From the human T2T-CHM13v2.0 reference genome, Homo sapiens: a DNA stretch of 64,000 bases. A program made the position numbers and the translations under genes. Below are positions 40,396-55,300 of this stretch, in pieces. The DNA lies in NCBI RefSeq assembly GCF_009914755.1, contig NC_060939.1; one strand, written 5' to 3'. The first letter of the stretch is position 1; every line of letters begins with the position of its first letter. The notes under the pieces were generated by a model that saw only the letters and a program-made list of their open reading frames with translations, was not told the DNA's origin and ran no database searches.

Positions 40396-43300
40396 CATTC
40401 GCTTCCATTCCATTCGTGTCCATTCCACTCCAGTCCATTCCATTCGTGTCCATTCCATTCCAGTCCATTCCATTTGTGTCCACTGCATTCCATTCCACTC
40501 CATTCCATATTATTCCATTACACTCCCTTCCATTCTATTACTTTCATTTCCATTCAATTCCATTCCATTTGATTCCATTCCACTCGGTTTCATTCCATTT
40601 GAGTCCACTCCATTCCATTCCATTCCATTCCATTCAGTTCCATTCCATTCTGTTCCATTCCATTCCGTTCCATTACATTCCATTCCATTCGGTACCATTC
40701 CATATTGTTCCATTCGATTCCATTCGAATCCATTCCATTCCAGTCCATTCCATTCGATTCCATTCCATTCATTTCAATTCCATTCCATTCCATTCCATTA
40801 CATTCCACTTGATTCCTCTCCATTCCCTTCCACTGCATTCCGTTCGATTCCATTCCATTGCATTGCATTCCATTCCATTGGATTGCATTCCATTCGATTC
40901 CATTCCATTCGAATCAATTACATAGCAATCTATTACATTCGAGTCTATTCTATTCCGTTCCATTGGATTTCGTTCCAATCCATTCGATTCCATTCCATTC
41001 GATTCCATTCCATACTATTGCATTCCATTCGATTACATTATATTCGAATAAGTTCCATTCAAGACCATTTCTTTTGAGTCCATTCTATTGGAGTCCATTC
41101 CCTTTGATTCCATAACATTTGAGTCCATTCAATTCCATTCCTTTCGTTTCCATTCCATTTGATGCCATTCCATTCAATTCTGTTCTACTCGACTCCAATA
41201 CATTCAATTCCATTCCATCCGATTCCATAACATTCTTTTCATTTCTTATCCATTTCAAGCCATTCCACTCCATTCCATTCCACTCGTTTCCTTTCCATTC
41301 GTGTCCATTCCTCTCCAGTCCATTCCGTTCAATCCATTCCATTCCAGTCCATTCCATTCGAGTCCGTTCCATTCCAGTCCATTCCATTCGAGTCAATTCC
41401 ATCCCATTCGATGTCTTTCCATAACGATCCATTCCATTCTATTCCTTTCGATTCCATTCCATTCTATTTCATTCCATTCGATTCCCTTCCATTGGACTCC
41501 TTTCCATTCGAGTGCATTCCATTCCGTTCCATTTCTTTCCGTTCTGTACGATTCCTACCGTTCGATTTCATTTTGTTCCAGTCCATTCCTTTCGCGTCCA
41601 TTCCATTCCATTTCACTCCATTCGATTCCATTCCACTCGATTCCACTTCGTTCCATTTCATTGCATTCCATTCTATTCAACTCTATTGCCTTCCATTCCA
41701 TTCCATTCGATTACATTCCATGCGATTCCATTCGAAATCGAATCAATTACATTGCAATCCATTACTATTGAGTCCGTTTTATTCCAGTCCACTGCATTCT
41801 GGTCCATTCCATTTGATTCCATTCCATTCTATTCCATTCCATACAGTTGCATTCCATTGGATTCCATGCTATATCTATAAATTCAATTCGAGACCATTGC
41901 TTTTGAGTCCATTCTATATGATTCCATTCCATTCAAGTCCATTACATTTGGTTCAATTCCATTCCATTCCATTCCCTTCCATTACATTCCATTTGATATC
42001 AATCCATTCGATTCCATTCCATTCGAGCACATTCCATTCGAGTCCATTCCATTCGATGCCATTCCATTTGATTCTATTCCATTAGTCTCCATTCAATTCC
42101 ATTAATCTCCATTCCATTCCATTCTACTCCAACTGATTCCATTCCATTCTATTCCTTTCCATTCCATTTCATTCCATTCCATTCCATTCCATTCCATTCC
42201 ATTCGTGTCCATTCCACTCCAGTCCATTCCATTCGTGTCCATTCCATTCCAGTCCATTCCATTTGTGTCCACTGCATTCCATTCCACTCCATTCCATATT
42301 ATTCCAATACACTCCATTCCATTCTATCACTTTCATTTCCATTCAATTCCATTCCATTTGATTCCATTCCACTCGGTTTCATTCCATTTGAGTCCACTCC
42401 ATTCCATTCCATTCCATTCCATTCAGTTCCATTCCATTCTGTTCCATTCCATTCCGTTCCATTACATTCCATTCCATTCGGTACCATTCCATATTGTTCC
42501 ATTCGATTCCATTCGAATCCATTCCATTCCAGTCCATTCCATTCGATTCCATTCCATTCATTTCAATTCCATTCCATTCCATTCCATTACATTCCACTTG
42601 ATTCCTCTCCATTCCCTTCCACTGCATTCCGTTCGATTCCATTCCATTGCATTGCATTCCATTCCATTGGATTGCATTCCATTCGATTCCATTCCATTCG
42701 AATCAATTACATAGCAATCCATTACATTCGAGTCTATTCTATTCCGTTCCATTCGATTTCGTTCCAATCCATTCGATTCCATTCCATTCGATTCCATTCC
42801 ATACTATTGCATTTCATTCGATTACATTATATTCGAATAAGTTCCATTCAAGACCATTTCTTTTGAGTCCATTCTATTTGAGTCCATTCCCTTTGATTCC
42901 ATATCATTTGAGTCCATTCAATTCCATTCCTTTCGTTTCCATTCCATTTGATGCCATTCCATTCAATTCTGTTCTACTCGACTCCAATACATTCAATTCC
43001 ATTCCATCCGATTCCATTACATTCTTTTAATTTCTTATCCATTTCAAGCCATTCCACTCCATTCCATTCCACTCGTTTCCTTTCCATTCGAGTCCATTCC
43101 TCTCCAGTCCATTCCGTTCAATCCATTCCATTCCAGTCCATTCCATTCGAGTCCGTTCCATTCCAGTCCATTCCATTCGAGTCAATTCCATTCCATTCGA
43201 TGTCTTTCCATAACGATCCATTCCATTCTATTCCTTTCGATTCCATTCCATTCTATTTCATTCCATTCGATTCCCTTCCATTGGACTCCTTTCCATTCGA

Positions 43301-46300
43301 GTGCATTCCATTCCGTTCCATTTCTTTCCGTTCTGTACGATTCCTACCGTTCGATTTCATTTTGTTCCAGTCCATTCCTTTCACGTCCATTCCATTCCAT
43401 TTCACTCCATTCGATTCCATTCCACTCGATTCCACTTCGTTCCATTTCATTGCATTCCATTCTATTCAACTCTATTGCCTTCCATTCCATTCCATTCGAT
43501 TACATTCCATGCGATTCCATTCGAAATCGAATCAATTACATTGCAATCCATTACAATTGAGTCCGTTTTATTCCAGTCCACTGCATTCTGGTCCATTCCA
43601 TTTGATTCCATTCCATTCTATTCCATTCCATACAGTTGCATTCCTTTGGATTCCATGCTATATATATAAATTCAATTCGAGACCATTGCTTTTGAGTCCA
43701 TTCTATATGATTCCATTCCATTCAAGTCCATTACATTTGGTTCAATTCCATTCCATTCCATTCCCTTCCATTCCATTCCAGTTGATATCAATCCATTCGA
43801 TTCCATTCCATTCGAGCACATTCCATTCGAGTCCATTCCATTCGATGCCATTCCATTTGATTCTATTCCATTAGTCTCCATTCAATTCCATTAATCTCCA
43901 TTCCATTCCATTCTACTCCAACTGATTCCATTCCATTCTATTCCTTTCCATTCCATTTCATTCCATTCCATTCCATTTCATTCCATTCCATTCCATTCGC
44001 TTCCATTCCATTCGTGTCCATTCCACTCCAGTCCATTCCATTCGTGTCCATTCCATTCCAGTCCATTCCATTTGTGTCCACTGCATTCCATTCCACTCCA
44101 TTCCATATTATTCCATTACACTCCCTTCCATTCTATTACTTTCATTTCCATTCAATTCCATTCCATTTGATTCCATTCCACTCGGTTTCATTCCATTTGA
44201 GTCCACTCCATTCCATTCCATTCCATTCCATTCAGTTCCATTCCATTCTGTTCCATTCCATTCCGTTCCATTACATTCCATTCCATTCGGTACCATTCCA
44301 TATTGTTCCATTCGATTCCATTCGAATCCATTCCATTCCAGTCCATTCCATTCGATTCCATTCCATTCATTTCAATTCCATTCCATTCCATTCCATTACA
44401 TTCCACTTGATTCCTCTCCATTCCCTTCCACTGCATTCCGTTCGATTCCATTCCATTGCATTGCATTCCATTCCATTGGATTGCATTCCATTCGATTCCA
44501 TTCCATTCGAATCAATTACATAGCAATCTATTACATTCGAGTCTATTCTATTCCGTTCCATTGGATTTCGTTCCAATCCATTCGATTCCATTCCATTCGA
44601 TTCCATTCCATACTATTGCATTCCATTCGATTACATTATATTCGAATAAGTTCCATTCAAGACCATTTCTTTTGAGTCCATTCTATTGGAGTCCATTCCC
44701 TTTGATTCCATAACATTTGAGTCCATTCAATTCCATTCCTTTCGTTTCCATTCCATTTGATGCCATTCCATTCAATTCTGTTCTACTCGACTCCAATACA
44801 TTCAATTCCATTCCATCCGATTCCATAACATTCTTTTCATTTCTTATCCATTTCAAGCCATTCCACTCCATTCCATTCCACTCGTTTCCTTTCCATTCGA
44901 GTCCATTCCTCTCCAGTCCATTCCGTTCAATCCATTCCATTCCAGTCCATTCCATTCGAGTCCGTTCCATTCCAGTCCATTCCATTCGAGTCAATTCCAT
45001 CCCATTCGATGTCTTTCCGTAACGATCCATTCCATTCTATTCCTTTCGATTCCATTCCATTCTATTTCATTCCATTCGATTCCCTTCCATTGGACTCCTT
45101 TCCATTCGAGTGCATTCCATTCCGTTCCATTTCTTTCCGTTCTGTACGATTCCTACCGTTCGATTTCATTTTGTTCCAGTCCATTCCTTTCGCGTCCATT
45201 CCATTCCATTTCACTCCATTCGATTCCATTCCACTCGATTCCACTTCGTTCCATTTCATTGCATTCCATTCTATTCAACTCTATTGCCTTCCATTCCATT
45301 CCATTCGATTACATTCCATGCGATTCCATTCGAAATCGAATCAATTACATTGCAATCCATAACTATTGAGTCCGTTTTATTCCAGTCCACTGCATTCTGG
45401 TCCATTCCATTTGATTCCATTCCATTCTATTCCATTCCATACAGTTGCATTCCATTGGATTCCATTCTATATCTATAAATTCAATTCGAGACCATTGCTT
45501 TTGAGTCCATTCTATATGATTCCATTCCATTCAAGTCCATTACATTTGGTTCAATTCCATTCCATTCCATTCCCTTCCATTCCATTCCAGTTGATATCAA
45601 TCCATTCGATTCCATTCCATTCGAGCACATTCCATTCGAGTCCATTCAATTCGATGCCATTCCATTTGGTTCTATTCCATTAGTCTCCATTCAATTCCAT
45701 TAATCTCCATTCCATTCCATTCTACTCCAACTGATTCCATTCCATTCTATTCCTTTCCATTCCATTTCATTCCATTCCATTCCATTTCATTCCATTCCAT
45801 TCCATTCCATTCGCTTCCATTCCATTCGTGTCCATTCCATTCCAGTCCATTCCATTTGTGTCCACTGCATTCCATTCCACTCCATTCCATATTATTCCAT
45901 TACACTCCATTCCATTCTATTACTTTCATTTCCATTCAATTCCATTCCATTTGATTCCATTCCACTCGGTTTCATTCCATTTGAGTCCAATCCATTCCAT
46001 TCCATTCCATTCAGTTCCATTCCATTCTGTTCCATTCCATTCCGTTCCATTGCATTCCATTCCATTCGGTACCATTCCATATTGTTCCATTCGATTCCAT
46101 TCGAATCCATTCCATTCCAGTCCATTCCATTCGATTCCATTCAATTCCTTTCAATTCCATTCCATTCCATTCCATTCCACTTGATTCCACTCCATTCTCT
46201 TCCACTGCATTCCATTCGATTCCATTCCATTGCATTGCATTCCATTCCATTGGACTGCATTCCATTCGATTCCATTCCATTCGAATCAATTACATAGCAA

Positions 46301-49300
46301 TCCATTACATTCGAGTCTATTCTATTCCGTTCCATTCGATTTCGTTCCAATCCATTCGATTCCATTCCATTCGATTCCATTCCATACTATTGCATTCCAT
46401 TCTATTACATTATATTCGAATAAGTTCCATTCAAGACCATTTCTTTTGAGTCCATTCTATTTGAGTCCATTCCCTTTGATTCCATAACATTTGAGTCCAT
46501 TCAATTCCATTCCTTTCGTTTCCATTCCATTTGATGCCATTCCATTCAATTCTGTTCTACTCGACTCCAATACATTCAATTCCATTCCATCCGATTCCAT
46601 TACATTCTTTTCATTTCTTATCCATTTCAAGCCATTCCACTCCATTCCATTCCACTCGTTTCCTTTCCATTCGAGTCCATTCCTCTCCAGTCCATTCCGT
46701 TCAATCCATTCCATTCCAGTCCATTCCATTCGAGTCCGTTCCATTCCAGTCCATTCCATTCGAGTCAATTCCATCCCATTCGATGTCTTTCCATAACGAT
46801 CCATTCCATTCTATTCCTTTCAATTCCATTCCATTCTATTTCATTCCATTCGATTCCCTTCCATTGGACTCCTTTCCATTCGAGTGCATTCCATTCCGTT
46901 CCATTTCTTTCCGTTCTGTACGATTCCTACCGTTCGATTTCATTTTGTTCCAGTCCATTCCTTTCGCGTCCATTCCATTCCATTTCATTCCATTCGATTC
47001 CATTCCACTCGATTCCACTTCGTTCCATTTCATTGCATTCCATTCTATTCAACTCTATTGCCTTCCATTCCATTCCATTCGATTACATTCCATGCGATTC
47101 CATTCGAAATCGAATCAATTACATTGCAATCCATTACAATTGAGTCCGTTTTATTCCAGTCCACTGCATTCTGGTCCATTCCATTTGATTCCATTCCATT
47201 CTATTCCATTCCATACAGTTGCATTCCTTTGGATTCCATGCTATATATATAAATTCAATTCGAGAACATTGCTTTTGAGTCCATTCTATATGATTCCATT
47301 CCATACAAGTCCATTACATTTGGTTCAATTCCATTCCATTCCATTCCCTTCCATTCCATTCCAGTTGATATCAATCCATTCGATTCCATTCCATTCGAGC
47401 ACATTCCATTCGAGTCCATTCCATTCGATGCCATTCCATTTGATTCTATTCCATTAGTCTCCATTCAATTCCATTAATCTCCATTCCATTCCATTCTACT
47501 CCAACTGATTCCATTCCATTCTATTCCTTTCCATTCCATTTCATTCCATTCCATTCCATTTCATTCCATTCCATTCCATTCGCTTCCATTCCATTCGTGT
47601 CCATTCCACTCCAGTCCATTCCATTCGTGTCCATTCCATTCCAGTCCATTCCATTTGTGTCCACTGCATTCCATTCCACTCCATTCCATATTATTCCATT
47701 ACACTCCATTCCATTCTATTACTTTCATTTCCATTCAATTCCATTCCATTTGATTCCATTACACTCGGTTTCATTCCATTTGAGTCTACTCCATTCCATT
47801 CCATTCCATTCCATTCAGTTCCATTCCATTCTGTTCCATTCCATTCCGTTCCATTACATTCCATTCCATTCGGTACCATTCCATATTGTTCCATTCGATT
47901 CCATTCGAATCCATTCCATTCCAGTCCATTCCATTCGATACCATTCCATTCATTTCAATTCCATTCCATTCCATTCCATTACATTCCACTTGATTCCTCT
48001 CCATTCCCTTCCACTGCATTCCGTTCGATTCCATTCCATTGCATTGCATTCCATTCCATTGGATTGCATTCCTTTCGATTCCATTCCATTCGAATCAATT
48101 ACATAGCAATCTATTACATTCGAGTCTATTCTATTCCGTTCCATTGGATTTCGTTCCAATCCATTCGATTCCATTCCATTCGATTCCATTCCATACTATT
48201 GCATTCCATTCGATTACATTATATTCGAATAAGTTCCATTCAAGACCATTTCTTTTGAGTCCATTCTATTTGAGTCCATTCCCTTTGATTCCATAACATT
48301 TGAGTCCATTCAATTCCATTCCTTTCGTTTCCATTCCATTTGATGCCATTCCATTCAATTCTGTTCTACTCGACTCCAATACATTCAATTCCATTCCATC
48401 CGATTCCATTACATTCTTTTCATTTCTTATCCATTTCAAGCCATTCCACTCCATTCCATTCCACTCGTTTCCTTTCCATTCGAGTCCATTCCTCTCCAGT
48501 CCATTCCGTTCAATCCATTCCATTCCAGTCCATTCCATTCGAGTCCGTTCCATTCCAGTCCATTCCATTCGAGTCAATTCCATCCCATTCGATGTCTTTC
48601 CATAACGATCCATTCCATTCTATTCCTTTCAATTCCATTCCATTCTATTTCATTCCATTCGATTCCCTTCCATTGGACTCCTTTCCATTCGAGTGCATTC
48701 CATTCCGTTCCATTTCTTTCCGTTCTGTACGATTCCTACCGTTCGATTTCATTTTGTTCCAGTCCATTCTTTCGCGTCCATTCCATTCCATTTCACTCCA
48801 TTCGATTCCATTCCACTCGATTCCACTTCGTTCCATTTCATTGCATTCCATTCTATTCAACTCTATTGCCTTCCATTCCATTCCATTCGATTACATTCCA
48901 TGCGATTCCATACGAAATCGAATCAATTACATTGCAATCCATAACTATTGAGTCCATTTTATTCCAGTCCACTGCATTCTGGTCCATTCCATTTGATTAC
49001 ATTCCATTCTATTCCATTCCATACAGTTGCATTCCATTGGATTCCATTCTATATCTATAAATTCAATTCGAGACCATTGCTTTTGAGTCCATTCTATATG
49101 ATTCCATTCCATTCAAGTCCATTACATTTGGTTCAATTCCATTCCATTCCATTCCCTTCCATTCCATTCCAGGTGATATCAATCCATTCGATTCCATTCC
49201 ATTCGAGCACATTCCATTCGAGTCCATTCAATTCGATGCCATTCCATTTGGTTCTATTCCATTAGTCTCCATTCAATTCCATTAATCTCCATTCCATTCC

Positions 49301-52300
49301 ATTCTACTCCAACTGATTCCATTCCATTCTATTCCTTTCCATTCCATTTCATTCCATTCCATTCCATTTCATTCCATTCCATTCCATTCCATTCCATTCG
49401 CTTCCATTCCATTCGTGTCCATTCCATTCCAGTCCATTCCATTTGTGTCCACTGCATTCCATTCCACTCCATTCCATATTATTCCATTACACTCCATTCC
49501 ATTCTATTACTTTCATTTCCATTCAATTCCATTCCATTTGATTCCATTCCACTCGGTTTCATTCCATTTGAGTCCACTCCATTCCATTCCATTCCATTCC
49601 ATTCAGTTCCATTCCTTTCTGTTCCATTCCATTCCGTTCCATTGCATTCCATTCCATTCGGTACCATTCCATATTGTTCCATTCGATTCCATTCGAATCC
49701 ATTCCATTCCAGTCCATTCCATTCGATTCCATTCCATTCCTTTCAATTCCATTCCATTCCATTCCATTCCACTTGATTCCACTCCATTCCCTTCCACTGC
49801 ATTCCATTCGATTCCATTCCATTGCATTGCATTCCATTCCATTGGACTGCATTCCATTCGATTCCATTCCATTCGAATCAATTACATAGCAATCCATTAC
49901 ATTCGAGTCTATTCTATTCCGTTCAATTCGATTTCGTTCCAATCCATTCGATTCCATTCCATTCGATTCCATTCCATACTATTGCATTCCATTCGATTAC
50001 ATTATATTCGAATAAGTTCCATTCAAGACCATTTCTTTTGAGTCCATTCTATTTGAGTCCATTCCCTTTGATTCCATAACATTTGAGTCCATTCAATTCC
50101 ATTCCTTTCGTTTCCATTCCATTTGATGCCATTCCATTCAATTCTGTTCTACTCGACTCCAATACATTCAATTCCATTCCATCCGATTCCATTACATTCT
50201 TTTCATTTCTTATCCATTTCAAGCCATTCCACTCCATTCCATTCCACTCGTTTCCTTTCCATTCGAGTCCATTCCTCTCCAGTCCATTCCGTTCAATCCA
50301 TTCCATTCCAGTCCATTCCATTCGAGTCCGTTCCATTCCAGTCCATTCCATTCGAGTCAATTCCATCCCATTCGATGTCTTTCCATAACGATCCATTCCA
50401 TTCTATTCCTTTCAATTCCATTCCATTCTATTTCATTCCATTCGATTCCCTTCCATTGGACTCCTTTCCATTCGAGTGCATTCCATTCCGTTCCATTCCT
50501 TTCCGTTCTGTACGATTCCTACCGTTCGATTTCATTTTGTTCCAGTCCATTCCTTTCGCGTCCATTCCATTCCATTTCACTCCATTCGATTCCATTCCAC
50601 TCGATTCCACTTCGTTCCATTTCATTGCATTCCATTCTATTCAACTCTATTGCCTTCCATTCCATTCCATTCGATTACATTCCATGCGATTCCATTCGAA
50701 ATCGAATCAATTACATGGCAATCCATTACTATTGAGTCCGTTTTATTCCAGTCCACTGCATTCTGGTCCATTCCATTTGATTCCATTCCATTCTATTCCA
50801 TTCCATACAGTTGCATTCCATTGGATTCCATGCTATATCTATAAATTCAATTCGAGACCATTGCTTTTGAGTCCATTCTATATGATTCCATTCCATTCAA
50901 GTCCATTACATTTGGTTCAATTCCATTCCATTCCATTCCCTTCCATTCCATTCCATTTGATATCAATCCATTCGATTCCATTATATTCGAGCACATTCAA
51001 TTCGAGTCCATTCCATTCGATGCCATTCCATTTGATTCTATTCCATTAGTCTCCATTCAATTCCATTAATCTCCATTCCATTCCATTCTACTCCAACTGA
51101 TTCCATTCCATTCTATTCCTTTCCATTCCATTTCATTCCATTCCATTCCATTCCATTCCATTCCATTCCATTCGTGTCCATTCCACTCCAGTCCATTCCA
51201 TTCGTGTCCATTCCATTCCAGTCCGTTCCATTTGTGTCCACTGCATTCCATTCCACTCCATTCCATATTATTCCATTACACTCCCTTCCATTCTATCACT
51301 TTCATTTCCATTCAATTCCATTCCATTTGATTCCATTCCACTCGGTTTCATTCCATTTGAGTCCACTCCATTCCATTCCATTGCATTCCATTCAGTTCCA
51401 TTCCATTCTGTTCCATTCCATTCCGTTCCATTACATTCCATTCCATTCGGTACCATTCCATATTGTTCCATTCGATTCCATTCGAATCCATTCCATTCCA
51501 GTCCATTCCATTCGATTCCATTCCATTCATTTCAATTCCATTCCATTCCATTCCATTACATTCCACTTGATTCCTCTCCATTCCCTTCCACTGCATTCCG
51601 TTCGATTCCATTCCATTGCATTGCATTCCATTCCATTGGATTGCATTCCATTCGATTCCATTCCATTCGAATCAATTACATAGCAATCCATTACATTCGA
51701 GTCTATTCTCTTCCGTTCCATTCGATTTCGTTCCAATCCATTCGATTCCATTCCATTCGATTCCATTCCATACTATTGCATTCCATTCGATTACATTATA
51801 TTCGAATAAGTTCCATTCAAGACCATTTCTTTTGAGTCCATTCTATTTGAGTCCATTCCCTTTGATTCCATAACATTTGAGTCCATTCAATTCCATTCCT
51901 TTCGTTTCCATTCCATTTGATGCCATTCCATTCAATTCTGTTCTACTCGACTCCAATACATTCAATTCCATTCCATCCGATTCCATTACATTCTTTTCAT
52001 TTCTTATCCATTTCAAGCCATTCCACTCCATTCCATTCCACTCGTTTCCTTTCCATTCGAGTCCATTCCTCTCCAGTCCATTCCGTTCAATCCATTCCAT
52101 TCCAGTCCATTCCATTCGAGTCCGTTCCATTCCAGTCCATTCCATTCGAGTCAATTCCATTCCATTCGATGTCTTTCCATAACGATCCATTCCATTCTAT
52201 TCCTTTCGATTCCATTCCATTCTATTTCATTCCATTCGATTCCCTTCCATTGGACTCCTTTCCATTCGAGTGCATTCCATTCCTTTCCATTTCTTTCCGT

Positions 52301-55300
52301 TCTGTACGATTCCTACCGTTCGATTTCATTTTGTTCCAGTCCATTCCTTTCGCGTCCATTCCATTCCATTTCACTCCATTCGATTCCATTCCACTCGATT
52401 CCACTTCGTTCCATTTCATTGCATTCCATTCTATTCAACTCTATTGCCTTCCATTCCATTCCATTCGATTACATTCCATGCGATTCCATTCGAAATCGAA
52501 TCAATTACATTGCAATCCATTACTATTGAGTCCGTTTTATTCCAGTCCACTGCTTTCTGGTCCATTCCATTTGATTCCATTCCATTCTATTCCATTCCAT
52601 ACAGTTGCATTCCATTGGATTCCATGCTATATCTATAAATTCAATTCGAGACCATTGCTTTTGAGTCCATTCTATATGATTCCATTCCATTCAAGTCCAT
52701 TACATTTGGTTCAATTCCATTCCATTCCATTCCCTTCCATTCCATTCCATTTGATATCAATCCATTCGATTCCATTCCATTCGAGCACATTCCATTCGAG
52801 TCCATTCCATTCGATTCCATTCCATTTGATTCTATTCCATTAGTCTCCATTCAATTCCATTAATCTCCATTCCATTCCATTCTACTCCAACTGATTCCAT
52901 TCCATTCTATTCCTTTCCATTCCATTTCATTCCATTCCATTCCATTTCATTCCATTCCATTCCATTCGTGTCCATTCCACTCCAGTCCATTCCATTCGTG
53001 TCCATTCCATTCCAGTCCATTCCATTTGTGTCCACTGCATTCCATTCCACTCCATTCCATATTATTCCATTACACTCCATTCCATTCTATTACTTTCATT
53101 TCCATTCAATTCCATTCCATTTGATTCCATTCCACTCGGTTTCATTCCATTTGAGTCCACTCCATTCCATTCCATTCCATTCCATTCAGTTCCATTCCAT
53201 TCTGTTCCATTCCATTCCGTTCCATTGCATTCCATTCCATTCGGTACCATTCCATATTGTTCCATTCGATTCCATTCGAATCCATTCCATTCCAGTCCAT
53301 TCCATTCGATTCCATTCCATTCATTTCAATTCCATTCCATTCTATTCCATTCCACTTGTTTCCACTCCATTCCCTTCCACTGCATTCCATTCGATTCCAT
53401 TCCATTGCATTGCATTCCATTCCATTGGACTGCATTCCATTCGATTCCATTCCATTCGAATCAATTACATAGCAATCCATTACATTCGAGTCTATTCTAT
53501 TCCGTTCCATTCGATTTCGTTCCAATCCATTCGATTCCATTCCATTCGATTCCATTCCATGCTATTGCATTCCATTCTATTACATTATATTCGAATAAGT
53601 TCCATTCAAGACCATTTCTTTTGAGTCCATTCTATTTGAGTCCATTCCCTTTGATTCCATAACATTTGAGTCCATTCAATTCCATTCCTTTCGTTTCCAT
53701 TCCATTTGATGCCATTCCATTCAATTCTGTTCTACTCGACTCCAATACATTCAATTCCATTCCATCCGATTCCATTACATTCTTTTCATTTCTTATCCAT
53801 TTCAAGTCATTCCACTCCATTCCATTCCACTCGTTTCCTTTCCATTCGAGTCCATTCCTCTCCAGTCCATTCCGTTCAATCCATTCCATTCCAGTCCATT
53901 CCATTCCAGTCCGTTCCATTCCAGACCATTCCATTCGAGTCAATTCCATTCCATTCGATGTCTTTCCATAACGATCCATTCCATTCTATTCCTTTCGATT
54001 CCATTCCATTCTATTTCATTCCATTCGATTCCCTTCCATTGGACTCCTTTCCATTCGAGTGCATTCCATTCCGTTCCATTTCTTTCCGTTCTGTACGATT
54101 CGTACCGTTCGATTTCATTTTGTTCCAGTCCATTCCTTTCGCGTCCATTCCATTCCATTTCACTCCATTCGATTCCATTCCACTCGATTCCACTTCGTTC
54201 CATTTCATTGCATTCCATTCTATTCAACTCTATTGCCTTCCATTCCATTCCATTCGATTACATTCCATGCGATTCCATTCGAAATCGAATCAATTACATT
54301 GCAATCCATTACTATTGAGTCCGTTTTATTCCAGTCCACTGCATTCTGGTCCATTCCATTTGATTCCATTCCATTCTATTCCATTCCATACAGTTGCATT
54401 CCTTTGGATTCCATGCTATATTTATAAATTCAATTCGAGACCATTGCTTTTGAGTCCATTCTATATGATTCCATTCCATTCAAGTCCATTACATTTGGTT
54501 CAATTCCATTCCATTCCATTCCCTTCCATTCCATTCCAGTTGATATCAATCCATTCGATTCCATTCCATTCGAGCACATTCCATTCGAGTCCATTCCATT
54601 CGATGCCATTCCATTTGATTCTATTCCATTAGTCTCCATTCAATTCCATTAATCTCCATTCCATTCCATTCTACTCCAACAGATTCCATTCCATTCTATT
54701 CCTTTCCATTCCATTTCATTCCATTCCATTCCATTTCATTCCATTCCATTCCATTCGCTTCCATTCCATTCGTGTCCATTCTACTCCAGTCCATTCCATT
54801 CGTGTCCATTCCATTCCAGTCCATTCCATTTGTGTCCACTGCATTCCATTCCACTCCATTCCATATTATTCCATTACACTCCATTCCATTCTATTACTTT
54901 CATTTCCATTCAATTCCATTCCATTTGATTCCATTCCACTCGGTTTCATTCCATTTGAGTCCACTCCATTCCATTCCATTCCATTCCATTCAGTTCCATT
55001 CCATTCTGTTCCATTCCATTCTGTTCCATTGCATTCCATTCCATTCGGTACCATTCCATATTGTTCCATTTGATTCCATTCGAATCCATTCCATTCCAGT
55101 CCATTCCATTCGATTCCATTCCATTCCTTTCAATTCCATTCCATTCCATTCCATTCCACTTGATTCCACTCCATTCCCTTCCACTGCATTCCATTCGATT
55201 CCATTCCATTGCATTGCATTCCATTCCATTGGACTGCATTCCATTCGATTCCATTCCATGCGAATCAATTACATAGCAATCCATTACATTCGAGTCTATT

